The notes beneath the pieces were generated by a model. That model saw only the letters and a list, made by a program, of their open reading frames with translations, ran no database searches and was not told the origin of the DNA. Source: a virus (Duplodnaviria; Caudoviricetes). From it: a DNA stretch of 64,000 nt. Each line of letters begins with the position of its first letter. The stretch's first letter is position 1. Positions 18,416 through 28,411 of this stretch are shown here, in pieces. The position numbers and the translations under genes were made by a program. Location of the stretch: positions 32,001-96,000 of the IMG/VR virus record IMGVR_UViG_2671180089_000001; one strand, given 5' to 3'.

Positions 18416-18599
18416 CGTGCTCCACAAAGCATTTCCCTGGGTGTACTATTCGGAGTGGCTGGGAGAGCAACCCAGCTACCTGGGCCTAGGTGTAACAAAT
18501 TTCGGCCGGTGACGTACCTCCATACGACGCCCCGAAGACACCCCGCCCGGGACAACCCGAATCCTGGGCCTGGCGTCCGGGGAAGAGAGGAACACCGAG

Positions 18600-19202
18600 A
18601 TGTCGAACGACGTCGCCGACGACACCCAGGCCGAGGAGCCCATCGGCGTCCCGCTGTCCACCCTCGCGCTGGTCGGGGCACTTGCCCGCGCGATGGAGGA
18701 CCACCAGCGGGAAGTCATCAAACCTCGGAAGGACGCCCCGCGCGACCCCCTCGTCGAGGACTTCCTGGCGACGAAGAAGCCGGAACTCGTCGTCGAGATC
18801 GACGGCGAGAAGGTGGGCCACTACAAGGTCAACGTCACCAGGGACCGGTTCGAGGTCGCCGACGACTCAGCGTTCGAGGCGTACGCGGAGGAGAAGGGCG
18901 AGATTGACATCGTCATCGTCCCGAAGCCCGCGTTCGTGGATGCAGTTCTTGCACATGCGCAGCGTGACCCTGAGACGGGCACCATCTTCGATTCGCGGTC
19001 CGGCGAGGTCATCCCGGGTCTCCAGTTCGTGTCGGGCGGGAAGCCCACCGGCACCGTCACCTGGACTTGGAACAGGTTCAAGGGGCGCCCGATCGGTAAG
19101 GGCGTACTTCTGGCCGCGTACAAGCGCGGTCGGCTCGACGAGTTCCTCAAGGAGACGCCGGAGCTGTTGCCCAAGGCACAGCCCGGCGCGCGCGACGAGT
19201 GA
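18600..19202 (+). CDS. hypothetical phage protein
   Basis: GAGGAA RBS, 200 aa; first gene of the early block. Confidence 0.8.
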   Translation: MSNDVADDTQAEEPIGVPLSTLALVGALARAMEDHQREVIKPRKDAPRDPLVEDFLATKKPELVVEIDGEKVGHYKVNVTRDRFEVADDSAFEAYAEEKGEIDIVIVPKPAFVDAVLAHAQRDPETGTIFDSRSGEVIPGLQFVSGGKPTGTVTWTWNRFKGRPIGKGVLLAAYKRGRLDEFLKETPELLPKAQPGARDE

Positions 19203-19261
19203 CACCGACCGCTTGGGCCCGGCCCCCTGCGGCCGGGCCCCTCTCCCTGGGGACCAGCACC

Positions 19262-19540
19262 ATGACCGCCACCGCGACCGCCGCCCGGAAGCTCTCCGAC
19301 CGCGCGCACCGCATCGTCTTCGAACTCGCCCTGCACGGCGGTGAGTGGGTCGACGTCACCGACATCTACACCCGCCTTGGGCTGACCTCGCACCAGGTGC
19401 GCAGCGCCCTGAACGAACTGATCTACGCGGGCATGGCCGAGAGGGAACGGCGCCCGGTGGCCTCCGAAACCGGATGCCGCCGCACGCACCGGACCTACTT
19501 CCGCCTGACCGACGAAACCCCGAGCGAGGCCCCTGCATGA
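19262..19540 (+). CDS. small winged-helix DNA-binding protein
   Basis: VTDIYTRLGLTSHQVRSALNELIYAGM. Confidence 0.7.
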   Translation: MTATATAARKLSDRAHRIVFELALHGGEWVDVTDIYTRLGLTSHQVRSALNELIYAGMAERERRPVASETGCRRTHRTYFRLTDETPSEAPA

Positions 19541-20586
19541 GCCGCCTGACCAGCCCCACCGGGGTGCGAGTCAACCGGCGTCCCCGGTTCGTCGCCATCG
19601 ACTCCAAGACGATCCGGGACACCACCATCAGCTACCGCGCGCTGGGGCTGCTCGGCTACATCCTGGACCAGAAGGAGGGGTGGCAGGTCCGATCCGACCA
19701 GCTCTCCAAGGGCGAGGGACGCGAGGGGCGCGGCGCGGTCCGTACGGCGCTGCGCGAGCTCGCCGAGCGCGGCTACTACCGGCTCGAGCGCCGCAGGCTG
19801 CGCACCGGCAAGTGCGTGATGGGCACGGCCGTCTCGGAGTACCCCGTCGAGCAGTGGATCAAGGACCACGAGATTTTCAGCACCGTGTCCGACCCGGCCG
19901 TCCCCGTGGTCGAGCAGGAAGACGGCTCGTTCCTCGTCGAGTACCCCGACGGCACCTTCGGCAGCGACGGGTTCGAGTCGGACCCGTTCGACAACGAGGA
20001 GCCGCCCGCCGATCCCGAGCCGGAGCCGGAGCCGGAGGACAGCGGCGAGGAGGACGAGGACACCGCGGAGGAACCGCCGGCCGAGCCGGAGAAGCCCCCG
20101 GTCCGCCCCCGGCGCACCCGCCGCACCTCGGCGCAGAAGGCGGCCGACGACGAGCAGAAGGCCGCCGAGAAGAAGCAGAAGGACGAGAAGAAGGCCGCCC
20201 TGGACGCCGCCGTCGAGGCGGTCGCGAAGTGGTGGTGGGAGGACGCCGAGAAGCACCTCGGCAAGTACGTCGGGAAGACCAACGGCTACTTGGCCATGCG
20301 CGGCATGGTGAAGAAGGCCCTCGAGGCGGGCTACACCCAACGGCAGTGCGCCGATGCCCTGCGGCACGCACGTAAGCACCTGCCCAGCGCGCAGCAGTGG
20401 CAGACCGCCCTCGGAGTCGCCACGAACCACATCGTCCCGAGCCAGCCCACCGGCCGGATCCCGTACAGCGACAAGGCGACGTGGGGTGCCCAGAACGACG
20501 CCCCGCCGTCCACGCCCGGCGACGCCCCCACCCCGGCCGCTGACGACTCCGACGACGCCACGTTCGGCGTCATCGCACGATCGTAA
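19537..20586 (+). CDS. phage replication initiator (N-terminal HTH replisome organiser)
   Basis: IRDTTISYRALGLLGYIL....GW.....L.....EGRGAVRTALRELAERGY; directly upstream of a DnaC-like loader. Confidence 0.75.
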   Translation: MSRLTSPTGVRVNRRPRFVAIDSKTIRDTTISYRALGLLGYILDQKEGWQVRSDQLSKGEGREGRGAVRTALRELAERGYYRLERRRLRTGKCVMGTAVSEYPVEQWIKDHEIFSTVSDPAVPVVEQEDGSFLVEYPDGTFGSDGFESDPFDNEEPPADPEPEPEPEDSGEEDEDTAEEPPAEPEKPPVRPRRTRRTSAQKAADDEQKAAEKKQKDEKKAALDAAVEAVAKWWWEDAEKHLGKYVGKTNGYLAMRGMVKKALEAGYTQRQCADALRHARKHLPSAQQWQTALGVATNHIVPSQPTGRIPYSDKATWGAQNDAPPSTPGDAPTPAADDSDDATFGVIARS

Positions 20587-20598
20587 GGAGCGCACCCG

Positions 20599-21408
20599 AT
20601 GTCGGCCACCACTCACGCCGCCCCCGCGCGCGGCATGAACGCCCTCGGCGACCTGAGCGAGCACATCGTCCGGGTGCTGCAGAAGAACGGCGCCGACATA
20701 TCCCAGCTCGGCATGCCGCCCCAGCCCGAACCCGAAGACGGGCTCTGGGAGGACGTCTCGGTTCCCCAGGCCCGCGCCCGCCTGAACATGTGGAGGAACA
20801 GCATCTACGACGCAGCCCAGAACGAGTACCTGGCCTTCCGCTTCAGCCACCTTGACGACAACCAGAAGCCGAACACCCTGCGGGGGTGGCTCGACTCCCT
20901 GGTCGAGGCGAAGAAGCTGGATGCCCGCCCGTCGGTCCTCAACATGCTCATCCCGGGGCCCATCGGCAGCGGAAAGAGTGCCGCGGCGTGCGCCCTCGGC
21001 AACGAGGCCGCGGAGCGCGGGCTGTGGGCGCTGTACGTGAAGCACGCGACGTACCTGACGTGGCGTCGCCCCGACTCCGCGCCGCACAACATGAAGGCGT
21101 GGGAGGTCCGAAAGCGGTTCGTCGAGTGTGACCTCCTGGTCCTCGACGAGCTGTGCGGCGAGATGGACGTCACCGCGACCGAGTTCGCCCGGCGGGAGAC
21201 CATCGACCTGATCGACGCCCGTATCTCCGCCGGGCGGCCCACCGCGTACACCACCAACCTGCGCAGCCGCAGGCAGCCGGGAAGCCAGGCCATGGGCGTA
21301 GTCGACATCCTGGGGGAGCGGCTGCTGTCCCGGCTCGAGTCCTCGGCGCACCTGGCGAAGATCGTGGGCCCGGACCGGCGGAAGCCCGTGCAGGCTCTCG
21401 ACTGGTGA
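20599..21408 (+). CDS. DnaC/IstB-like AAA+ helicase loader
   Basis: GPIGSGKS, LLVLDEL, TAYTTNL, GERLLSRL, GPDRR. Confidence 0.9.
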   Translation: MSATTHAAPARGMNALGDLSEHIVRVLQKNGADISQLGMPPQPEPEDGLWEDVSVPQARARLNMWRNSIYDAAQNEYLAFRFSHLDDNQKPNTLRGWLDSLVEAKKLDARPSVLNMLIPGPIGSGKSAAACALGNEAAERGLWALYVKHATYLTWRRPDSAPHNMKAWEVRKRFVECDLLVLDELCGEMDVTATEFARRETIDLIDARISAGRPTAYTTNLRSRRQPGSQAMGVVDILGERLLSRLESSAHLAKIVGPDRRKPVQALDW

Positions 21409-21559
21409 TCCGGGGTCAAACGCCCTGTATGTCGCTGTTGCTGGCGGGGTGTGGGCGTCGGTAAAGGCGCAGGAGGCGGAAGACGCTATATCGTTTGGTC
21501 GACCCGGGAGGCCATGAGCATAAGCCGACCGGGGAGACCCGAACGAGAGGAAAGGTGTC

Positions 21560-22813
21560 TTGAAGCTGCCGTTCACCCGTGCCCGCGAGGGCGACGAACC
21601 GCAGACCCCCGTCGACCACGAGCCGAGCTCCACCGACTCCGCCGATTCCGGCGTCCCTCCGCTCAGTCTCTGGGAGCGCCGCGGTATCAAGCTGACCGCA
21701 CTGGGCGGAGCCGGCGTCGGCGGCCTCGGCTTCTACGCGTCGTTCGACGCCGTGTCCGCCAAGGCCCTGGAGTGGGGCTTTGACGAGCCGTGGGTTCTGC
21801 CCACCGCCATCGACTCCGCCATCCCCGTGTTCACGGGCGCCTACCTGTTCCTCATTCGCATGGACATGCGGCTGTGGTGGGCGCGGCTCGTCCCCTGGGC
21901 GCTGAGCCTGATCACCTGCGCCCTGAACGTCGCGGCCGGTACCTCGCTGTGGTCCAAGGTCGCGCACGGCGCCATGTCCCTGCTGTGGGTCGCCGTCTCC
22001 GAGATCGCCGCGCACACCTACGCCGTGCGGATCGGCGCGGCCACCGGCCGACGCCGCCGCATGGACAAGGTCCGGTGGGCCCGATGGATCCTGGCCCCAC
22101 TGCCCACCTTCCTGCTGTGGCGCCGCATGAAGCTGTGGGAGCTCACGTCGTACGACACGGTCCTCGAGCTCGAACAGGGACGGCTCCTCTACCAGGCAAA
22201 GCTCCGCGCCCGGTTCGGTCGGGCCTGGCGCACGAAGGCGCCCGTCGAGTCCCTGATGCCGCTCCGTCTCGCCCGTACCGGGATCCCGCTGCAGGAGACC
22301 GCCGCGGACGGGCTACGCGCTGCGGGCCTCGAACTGGGCATCTTCGCCCCTCCGGTCGCCCCCGTTGAGGAGCTCCCGGCCCTTCCCACACCCGTGCCGG
22401 CAGCCGCCGTACCTGCGGCGTCCCTGAAGCCGCGCCGGATCACGGCCACCGTCCCCTCACAGCCGGCGAAGGTCCTCAAGCCGGCGCCGACGCCGGAGGA
22501 GCCCACGGCCGCGGCCGCGGAGGAGCCGGGCGAGCCGCAGCCGTATGTGGTCCCGTCGTGGAGCACCGAAGGGGAGCTGCGCGAGATCCTCGTGCAGGTC
22601 ATCGACGGCAAGCACCGCGACGTGTTCGACGGCCCTCTGACCGGTGCTGCGATTGCGGAGGTCCTCGGCCAGAGCGAGGGCAACGGGCGCAAGGTCCGCG
22701 GTCGCATCATCAAGGAGTACGCCGCGCAGAGGGGTGTCCAGATTCCGCCGCGCGCGACCGTCGACGACGTCTTCGCCGCGTTCGACCAGGCGCTGACGGC
22801 AACCGGCTCGTAA
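21560..22813 (+). CDS. DUF2637-family (Spd-like) membrane protein
   Basis: GFYASFDAV...PTAID, four TM helices, RWILAPLPTFLLWRRMKLWE; typical of Streptomyces conjugative elements. Confidence 0.8.
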   Translation: MKLPFTRAREGDEPQTPVDHEPSSTDSADSGVPPLSLWERRGIKLTALGGAGVGGLGFYASFDAVSAKALEWGFDEPWVLPTAIDSAIPVFTGAYLFLIRMDMRLWWARLVPWALSLITCALNVAAGTSLWSKVAHGAMSLLWVAVSEIAAHTYAVRIGAATGRRRRMDKVRWARWILAPLPTFLLWRRMKLWELTSYDTVLELEQGRLLYQAKLRARFGRAWRTKAPVESLMPLRLARTGIPLQETAADGLRAAGLELGIFAPPVAPVEELPALPTPVPAAAVPAASLKPRRITATVPSQPAKVLKPAPTPEEPTAAAAEEPGEPQPYVVPSWSTEGELREILVQVIDGKHRDVFDGPLTGAAIAEVLGQSEGNGRKVRGRIIKEYAAQRGVQIPPRATVDDVFAAFDQALTATGS

Positions 22814-22875
22814 GGCATCCTGCCCCTACCCGTACCGAAGCGGCGGGCCCCCGACCTGGGGTGCCCGCCGCCTGC

Positions 22876-23304
22876 ATGATCGGACCCTTCATGACACCGG
22901 AGATCCTGGCCCGGATCGCCACCGCCCGCGCCGCCCGCGACCTGTCCGACCTCGCCCGGCAGGCAGTCGCCACCACCGCCGAGACCACCAGCCCGGCCGA
23001 GCGCATCCGTCGGGCGCGCGAGCTGCGCGAGCTGACCAATCAGCTCGTCGACCTGGTCGTGCTCGCCGAGTCGTTCGGGGGCGCGTCTTGGGAGGAAATC
23101 ACGGCAGCACTTGGCCGGCGCGACCCGGGCACGGTGCGGAGGGAGTTCGCCGGCGACATCGCCGACTGGGGCGGGAAGTCCGAGGAGGAGCTCGAGCGCG
23201 CGGCCGAGGGGTACGAGGCGCTTGACCAGTGGTACGCGCGGCACCGGGAGGACCAGGACCCCGAGGGTTCAACTCCCGTCGCCGATCTGCTCAACCGGCA
23301 TTGA
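22876..23304 (+). CDS. hypothetical protein (HTH-like, GASWEEITAALG)
   Basis: Coding bias in the 3' part of track ORF 22558..23304; start uncertain. Confidence 0.65.
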   Translation: MIGPFMTPEILARIATARAARDLSDLARQAVATTAETTSPAERIRRARELRELTNQLVDLVVLAESFGGASWEEITAALGRRDPGTVRREFAGDIADWGGKSEEELERAAEGYEALDQWYARHREDQDPEGSTPVADLLNRH

Positions 23305-23424
23305 GCTATCCCGCCGAGCGGGTAGAATAGTAAGCCGATGGCAACGGCGAGAGGCTAACCCCTCTGCCGTTGCATCCTCCGCGGGAGAGCAACCCGGGGA
23401 ACCACGAAGTAGAGGAACAGCCAG

Positions 23425-25194
23425 ATGCCTGGTATCACCGCGCCTCAGCGCGCCCGCACGTCCCGCCGACCGACTGGCCTGCCGAACCCGCCGATGATCC
23501 TTATCGCGGGCCCGGAGAAGACCGGCAAGAGCCGCGTTGCGGCTGAGGGCACCGCCTCCGAGCTGGTCGGGATGACGTACTGGATCGAGATCGGCGGCTC
23601 CGAGGGCACGGCCGACTACTACGGTCGGATCCCCGGGGCCAACTACGAGATCGTGTCCCACAATGGCAGCTACCAGGACATCCTCGACGCCGTTCGGTGG
23701 GCCGTCGCGCAGCCGCCTGCCGTCGAGGGCAAGCGGAACATGATCGTGGTCGACAACGTGTCCGTGCTGTGGGACATGCTCAGCGACGAGCAGGCCCTCT
23801 ACGCCCGGTGGCGCGCGGAGAGGAAGGCGCAGGAGCAGCGCCGCCGCGGCCCGAACCCGGACCTTCCCGTCACGGTGGACCCCGACCTGTGGAACCGGGC
23901 GAAGGACCGATGGGGAGAGATCCTCTGGCTTCTGCGTCGGCACTCCGGCCCCACGATCCTGCTCGCCCGCCAGGAACTCGTCACCGCGTTCGAGAACGAC
24001 AAGCCGACCCGGGACAAGACCCGCAAGACCAAGGCCGAGAAGAACCTCCCGGCGTCCGTTGACGCCATCGTTGAACTTCACGCGCTGGGGGAGGCGTACC
24101 TGACCGGCGTGCGCACCCTGCACTGGGAAGTCACGCCCGGACAGAGCGAGCGGTTCGAGAATTTCAGTATCGACACCCTGCTCCGCCGCATGGGCTTTCA
24201 GGAGGCCGCGGCCGCCCGACAGGTCACCGAGACGCGGCCGCACGCGTACCTGGACGAGCAGCAGGTGCAGCGGGAGCAGCAGCAGCGCCCCCAGCAGCAG
24301 CGACAGCAGCGGCCCGACCAACGGCAGGGGCAGGGGCCCGCCCGGCAGGACGAGCGGCCGAAGCTGACCGGCGACCAGGCCGTCGAGCTGATCCGTAAGG
24401 CGCTCGCCGACGAGAACAACCCGGAGGCCGCGCTGCACAACATCCGGGAACAGTGGGGCATGGTCACCCTGCGGCAGATCCAGACCCGCACAGAGGCCTG
24501 GGGCGGGATGAACGCGGACGACCTGATCACCCGCTCCCTCGCATACGCCAAGGGCCGCGCCGAACAGAAGCGGCAGCAGGGAACCGGGAGCGCCGGGCAG
24601 GCCCCGTCCGCGCAGCCGAGCACGGCTCCGAGTGCGCCTCCGGAGCAAACTCCGACCGCATCCACGGCCACGCCCCCGGCCCAAGGCCAGGGCCAGGGCC
24701 AGCCGGAGGGTGCCCGCGAGCACCAGACGCACGAGGACCTCGAGCCGCCGGCCGATGACAACGCACCCCCGCCGCCGCCGGACCCCCAGTTCGACGACGA
24801 GCCCCCGGTCGACGAGCGCCCGGAGGAGGTCAGCGAGGCCGAGGAGCCCCAGGCGGCCCCCTCCGCACCGGCAGCCGCCGCGGCGCCTCGGGCAACGCGC
24901 CAGACGCGCGGCGAAAAGCTGGCACTCAAGGCGCTGAACGCCGAGGCAGTCGTCCAGGCCCGGATCAAGATGATGACGGTGGGTGAGCACCTCGGGCCTA
25001 TCTCCGAGGCGGGCGACCCGCCCATGACCGTGCTCCGGGACTACCTCCAGCAGCACCGGCCCGTGATCATCGCCCAGCTCGAGCAGGAGGGGCAGACGGA
25101 GCTCGCCGCCTACTACCGGAAGGCGCCGACCGTCGATCCTCAGATTCAGCAGAGGTTCGCTCAGTACTTCGAGGGCGCGCCCGCCGGGAAGTGA
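23425..25194 (+). CDS. AAA_24/Sak4-like recombination ATPase with long low-complexity C-terminus
   Basis: ILIAGPEKTGKS, MIVVDN; Gln/Pro-rich tail. Confidence 0.7.
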   Translation: MPGITAPQRARTSRRPTGLPNPPMILIAGPEKTGKSRVAAEGTASELVGMTYWIEIGGSEGTADYYGRIPGANYEIVSHNGSYQDILDAVRWAVAQPPAVEGKRNMIVVDNVSVLWDMLSDEQALYARWRAERKAQEQRRRGPNPDLPVTVDPDLWNRAKDRWGEILWLLRRHSGPTILLARQELVTAFENDKPTRDKTRKTKAEKNLPASVDAIVELHALGEAYLTGVRTLHWEVTPGQSERFENFSIDTLLRRMGFQEAAAARQVTETRPHAYLDEQQVQREQQQRPQQQRQQRPDQRQGQGPARQDERPKLTGDQAVELIRKALADENNPEAALHNIREQWGMVTLRQIQTRTEAWGGMNADDLITRSLAYAKGRAEQKRQQGTGSAGQAPSAQPSTAPSAPPEQTPTASTATPPAQGQGQGQPEGAREHQTHEDLEPPADDNAPPPPPDPQFDDEPPVDERPEEVSEAEEPQAAPSAPAAAAAPRATRQTRGEKLALKALNAEAVVQARIKMMTVGEHLGPISEAGDPPMTVLRDYLQQHRPVIIAQLEQEGQTELAAYYRKAPTVDPQIQQRFAQYFEGAPAGK

Positions 25195-25199
25195 CGTGA

Positions 25200-25950
25200 G
25201 GTGATGCGCGCCCGGCCCCCTTCGGGCGCGCGCCTCCGCCGCTCCGCTCCTCCGCGCTTTCATCACCTCACGTCACCTCGGCACGGCACGGCGCGCCCGC
25301 CCTCCCCCGTGCGCGCGCTCTGGTGATCGCGCGTCCAGTCCGGGACCGCGCTGCTCCGCGCCCGCGCCGTACCTACCGGCGCGCCCGGGCGCGCGCGTTC
25401 GGGCGCGCTCGGCATCGAGGCGCGCCCGAACGCGCGCGCCGCGCGCCGGCCGTGTGGAGCGCGCCTCCACGCGCGCGCTCAGGCGCGCCGGGCGCGCGCC
25501 GTGCCCGCGCCGATCCGGGCGCGCCCTCCGTAGATCGCGCGCGCCCGGATCGCATGGACCGCGCGCCCGCGCCGAGCCTCCCGCGCTCAGGCGCGCCCGC
25601 AGCAGCGCGCCATGGCGCGCACCGTTGACCTGCCCTTTTACAGGGCGCGCCGCGCGCCTGGCCGTCGCGCGCCACGATGGGCGCGGCCTCCTGGATATCG
25701 TCGGCCACGCGCGCCGGCCGTGTGGAGCGCGCCGCGCGGCGCGGTGATCGCTTCTCAACGGCGCGCGCCCGGCGGCGCGGATGACCAGGCGGGTGCGCGC
25801 CGACCGGCCGATCGCGCGCGCAGGGCCGCGCCCCAGGAACGCGCGCCGCCGCGCCCTCGGGCGCACCCCGGACACGACGAAGGGCGCGCCATCGGGCGCG
25901 CCCTTCGGGGAGGAACGGTCAGCCGGTGGCGCGCCCTATCGCGCGCCCTG
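25200..25950. repeat. GCGCGC-rich noncoding tract with internal direct repeats
   Basis: About 30 GCGCGC tracts (hand count); gcgcgccggccgtgtggagcgcgcc occurs at about 25441 and 25709. Confidence 0.8.
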
Positions 25951-26757
25951 CCGGGCCGCACGGCGGACCGCACGCCGCGCCCTGCGCTCCTCCGCGGCCT
26001 TCTCAAGCGCGCCGCCGCGCTCCTGGCGCAGCAGCTCCATCAGCTCCTCGGGGTGCCGCTCGCCGAGGACCTTGAGCGCCTGAAGCCGAACGTTCGGTTC
26101 GCTCGGCATCCGGCCCTGGCGCGCCTCCCCGTACTGGACGGAGTAGCGCAGGTACGCGGCCTCGGACTCCACGCGCCGGCGGAAGTTCTCGACCCGGCGC
26201 TCCTGTGCGTTGCCGCTCTCGCCCGCGGGCGGCTCGGGCATGAAGCGGGCCGGCTCCTCGATCATGAGGCGGCACAGACGCGCCACTCTCCCGGCTACTC
26301 TCGGTGAGCGGAAAGCAAGGGCCTCGACATGCGGGGACGTCGGGGCGGGCACTGGCTCGTCGAGGACGAAACCTGTCCACCGGTCCGCGAACGAGTCGTC
26401 ACCGAGGGCGGCCAGTTCCTTCGCGTGGTCGTGGGCCAGGTCGTCGACGACGTCCTCGAACGGCGGCATCGCTGCCTTGATCGTCTCTCGCCACGGCGCG
26501 ATGCGGGCCTGCTGCTGCTTCCTGGTCTCGCCCTCCCGGATGGGGTTGTAGGCCTTCGCCCGCTGCACGGCGGTTCGGAGCGCCTGGAGAGTGCGAGGGG
26601 CGAGACGGGGATCGTGAAGGGCGGCGCCCTGGGTCTCGCGCGGCGCGCGCCTGTTGGTGCCACCGGTGACGTACTGGACGACGGTGTCCGTGAAGGCGTC
26701 GGGGCTCATCTCGGACAAACGCTTGATCTCCGCCGCAACCTGTCGGGCATCGGCCAT
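25936..26757 (-). CDS. hypothetical protein
   Basis: GGAGGAA RBS before ATG 26757; 273 aa. Confidence 0.8.
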   Translation of the reverse strand: MADARQVAAEIKRLSEMSPDAFTDTVVQYVTGGTNRRAPRETQGAALHDPRLAPRTLQALRTAVQRAKAYNPIREGETRKQQQARIAPWRETIKAAMPPFEDVVDDLAHDHAKELAALGDDSFADRWTGFVLDEPVPAPTSPHVEALAFRSPRVAGRVARLCRLMIEEPARFMPEPPAGESGNAQERRVENFRRRVESEAAYLRYSVQYGEARQGRMPSEPNVRLQALKVLGERHPEELMELLRQERGGALEKAAEERRARRAVRRAARQGAR

Positions 26758-27103
26758 GTACGTGTTCCTCCGCTTCGGGTGTGACCCGTGCTCTCGGGCC
26801 CTGGTGTCGTACTGCCTGCTGAGACACAACGAGGTGACCGCACTGGGCGCGGAGATGCGTGTGCCGGATCTTCGTAGGAGCATCCACTCCCCGGCCCCGA
26901 GTGCTCTACACACACCCGGTTACTCGATTCGCTATGGCCAGGTAACCAACGGGCGAGAGGAACACCCCAGCTCTTGCGAGCGGCGTGGTCTTGAGCCCAT
27001 GAACCCTGAACCGGAACCTCGAACGCATTCTTCGCGGCCGCGGTACGGCCACCTCGTTGCAGATGGTACCCGTCGGCCGGGGGCCAGCCGTGCCCTGTGG
27101 GCC

Positions 27104-27427
27104 CTAGTCGGCCTGCTGGGGCGTCTTCTTCGTGGTGAGACTCTCGATGATCGGGGCGAGCTTGCTGGGCTTCCACACGAGGTCGTAGCTCGTCTGGGAG
27201 GCAGCGAGCACGGCGAGGATGGTGACCGTGGTCAGCTTGCCGTGCTGGAACTGGTCCCAGCCGCCGTCCGCGGCCACGGCGACGACGCCGGCGACGAGCG
27301 CGGCTAGGACCGCAATGACCTTCTTGTACTTCGCCGACCAGGCGGGGCGCTGCACAACCGCGGTGAGCAGCGGAAGCACAGCGCCGACCTGGCCGCCGGT
27401 GGAGAGAGCGTCAAGCGTTGCAGACAT
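27104..27427 (-). CDS. holin
   Basis: 107 aa, 2-3 TM, LPLLTAVVQRPAWS...K...A, YDLVWKP. Confidence 0.75.
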   Translation of the reverse strand: MSATLDALSTGGQVGAVLPLLTAVVQRPAWSAKYKKVIAVLAALVAGVVAVAADGGWDQFQHGKLTTVTILAVLAASQTSYDLVWKPSKLAPIIESLTTKKTPQQAD

Positions 27428-27465
27428 GGGTGTTGCCCTTCATGCGTGGGGTGCGTGTCGGGCGG

Positions 27466-27494
27466 ACTGTGCGCGCGGGCGGCCCCTTGCGTCG
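27466..27494 (-). promoter_or_regulatory. late promoter motif (holin)
   Basis: CGACGCAA-N15-CACAGT. Confidence 0.7.
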
Positions 27495-27503
27495 CGTGCT
27501 GGC

Positions 27504-27932
27504 TCAGCCGTCAGGCCGGTTGGCCAGGTCCTCGGCGATCTCTCCCGGCGGAGCGGGGACGGGCCGCTCGTAAAGCCTCGCGACCAGGGCGCGGAGCTGG
27601 TGGATGTAGTCGACGGCCGCAGCCTTCCACCGTCTCCACTGCCGTTGCTCCTCCTCCAGGCGCTCGACCCTGTTCTCCAGGGTGGTCACGCGCTCGAGCG
27701 TCTTCGCGTTTGTCTCGCGCTGCTGCTCGAGGAGCTGGGTGAAACCGTTGGTCACGGTCTGGACGGAGGTGACGAAGGTGGTGGCCTCCGCGGTCTCCGC
27801 ATCGGTGTCGTTCTTCTGTCTGTTCTGGCGGTACACCATCCAGGCCGCGCCCAGCACGCCCACCGTGCTGAATGCTGGGCTGAGGACAGGCGCCAGAGAG
27901 ACGAGCCACTCCATGAGCGCCTCCTCGGTCAT
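27504..27932 (-). CDS. lysis-cassette membrane protein (1 TM plus coiled coil)
   Basis: N-terminal TM, coiled coil, YIHQLR...PVPAPP; typical actinophage lysis-region gene. Confidence 0.75.
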   Translation of the reverse strand: MTEEALMEWLVSLAPVLSPAFSTVGVLGAAWMVYRQNRQKNDTDAETAEATTFVTSVQTVTNGFTQLLEQQRETNAKTLERVTTLENRVERLEEEQRQWRRWKAAAVDYIHQLRALVARLYERPVPAPPGEIAEDLANRPDG

Positions 27933-27994
27933 CGGTCGTCAGTAGGGATGCGCGGGAGCCGGGGCCCGAAAGCCCGCGGCTCCCCGCAGCCGGA

Positions 27995-28023
27995 AAGCTG
28001 CACCATGCGAGGGGCTTATGTCG
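27995..28023 (-). promoter_or_regulatory. late promoter motif
   Basis: CGACATAA-N15-CAGCTT, followed by a GC hairpin at 27950-27988. Confidence 0.65.
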
Positions 28024-28399
28024 TTGCGTTCATCGTCTCGGCGGTCGGCGCGGGCCCGACGCCGGCGACGGCGTTCCATCCCGCACGCACTGCCTCGAGG
28101 ATCTGCTCGTCGGAGATCGCTGCGGCCATGGTTGCGGTATCGGTTGAGCTGGCGGCCGCCGCGGCGGCGAGCAGCGTTGGGGAGACGACGAGGCCGACCA
28201 TCATGGAGGCGGCTTGTGCCTCCGAGGGGCTGAGTACGGTCTTCGCCAAGTTCCAGCGCAGCGGGTAACCGGGCGACGTCGACGCCTCAACGAACACTTC
28301 CTGCGCGATGACGGCGATGGCCATGCGGACGCGTGGCAGTAAAGACGCCTCGGAGGCCAGGGCGCACATCGTGGTCAAGGACAGGGGTAGAGCGGGCAT
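28016..28399 (-). CDS. hypothetical tail-region protein containing a TTA codon
   Basis: GAGGAAG RBS; in-frame TTA at 28340-28342. Confidence 0.75.
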   Translation of the reverse strand: MPALPLSLTTMCALASEASLLPRVRMAIAVIAQEVFVEASTSPGYPLRWNLAKTVLSPSEAQAASMMVGLVVSPTLLAAAAAASSTDTATMAAAISDEQILEAVRAGWNAVAGVGPAPTAETMNATT

Positions 28400-28411
28400 C
28401 GCGGGGCTTCC

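Noticed and set aside
21425-21440. Additional late-promoter copies at about 21430, 26805 and 51260
   Set aside because: A CGAC-like core is present, but the spacing or the NANNNT element does not fit.
19495-25266. Long minus-strand ORFs 19495-21690 and 23269-25266
   Set aside because: Antisense shadows of the recognisable replication and ATPase genes.
25273-26307. Several Arg/Ala-rich ORFs in the GCGCGC tract
   Set aside because: Products reflect the repeat sequence in every frame; no RBS or codon bias.
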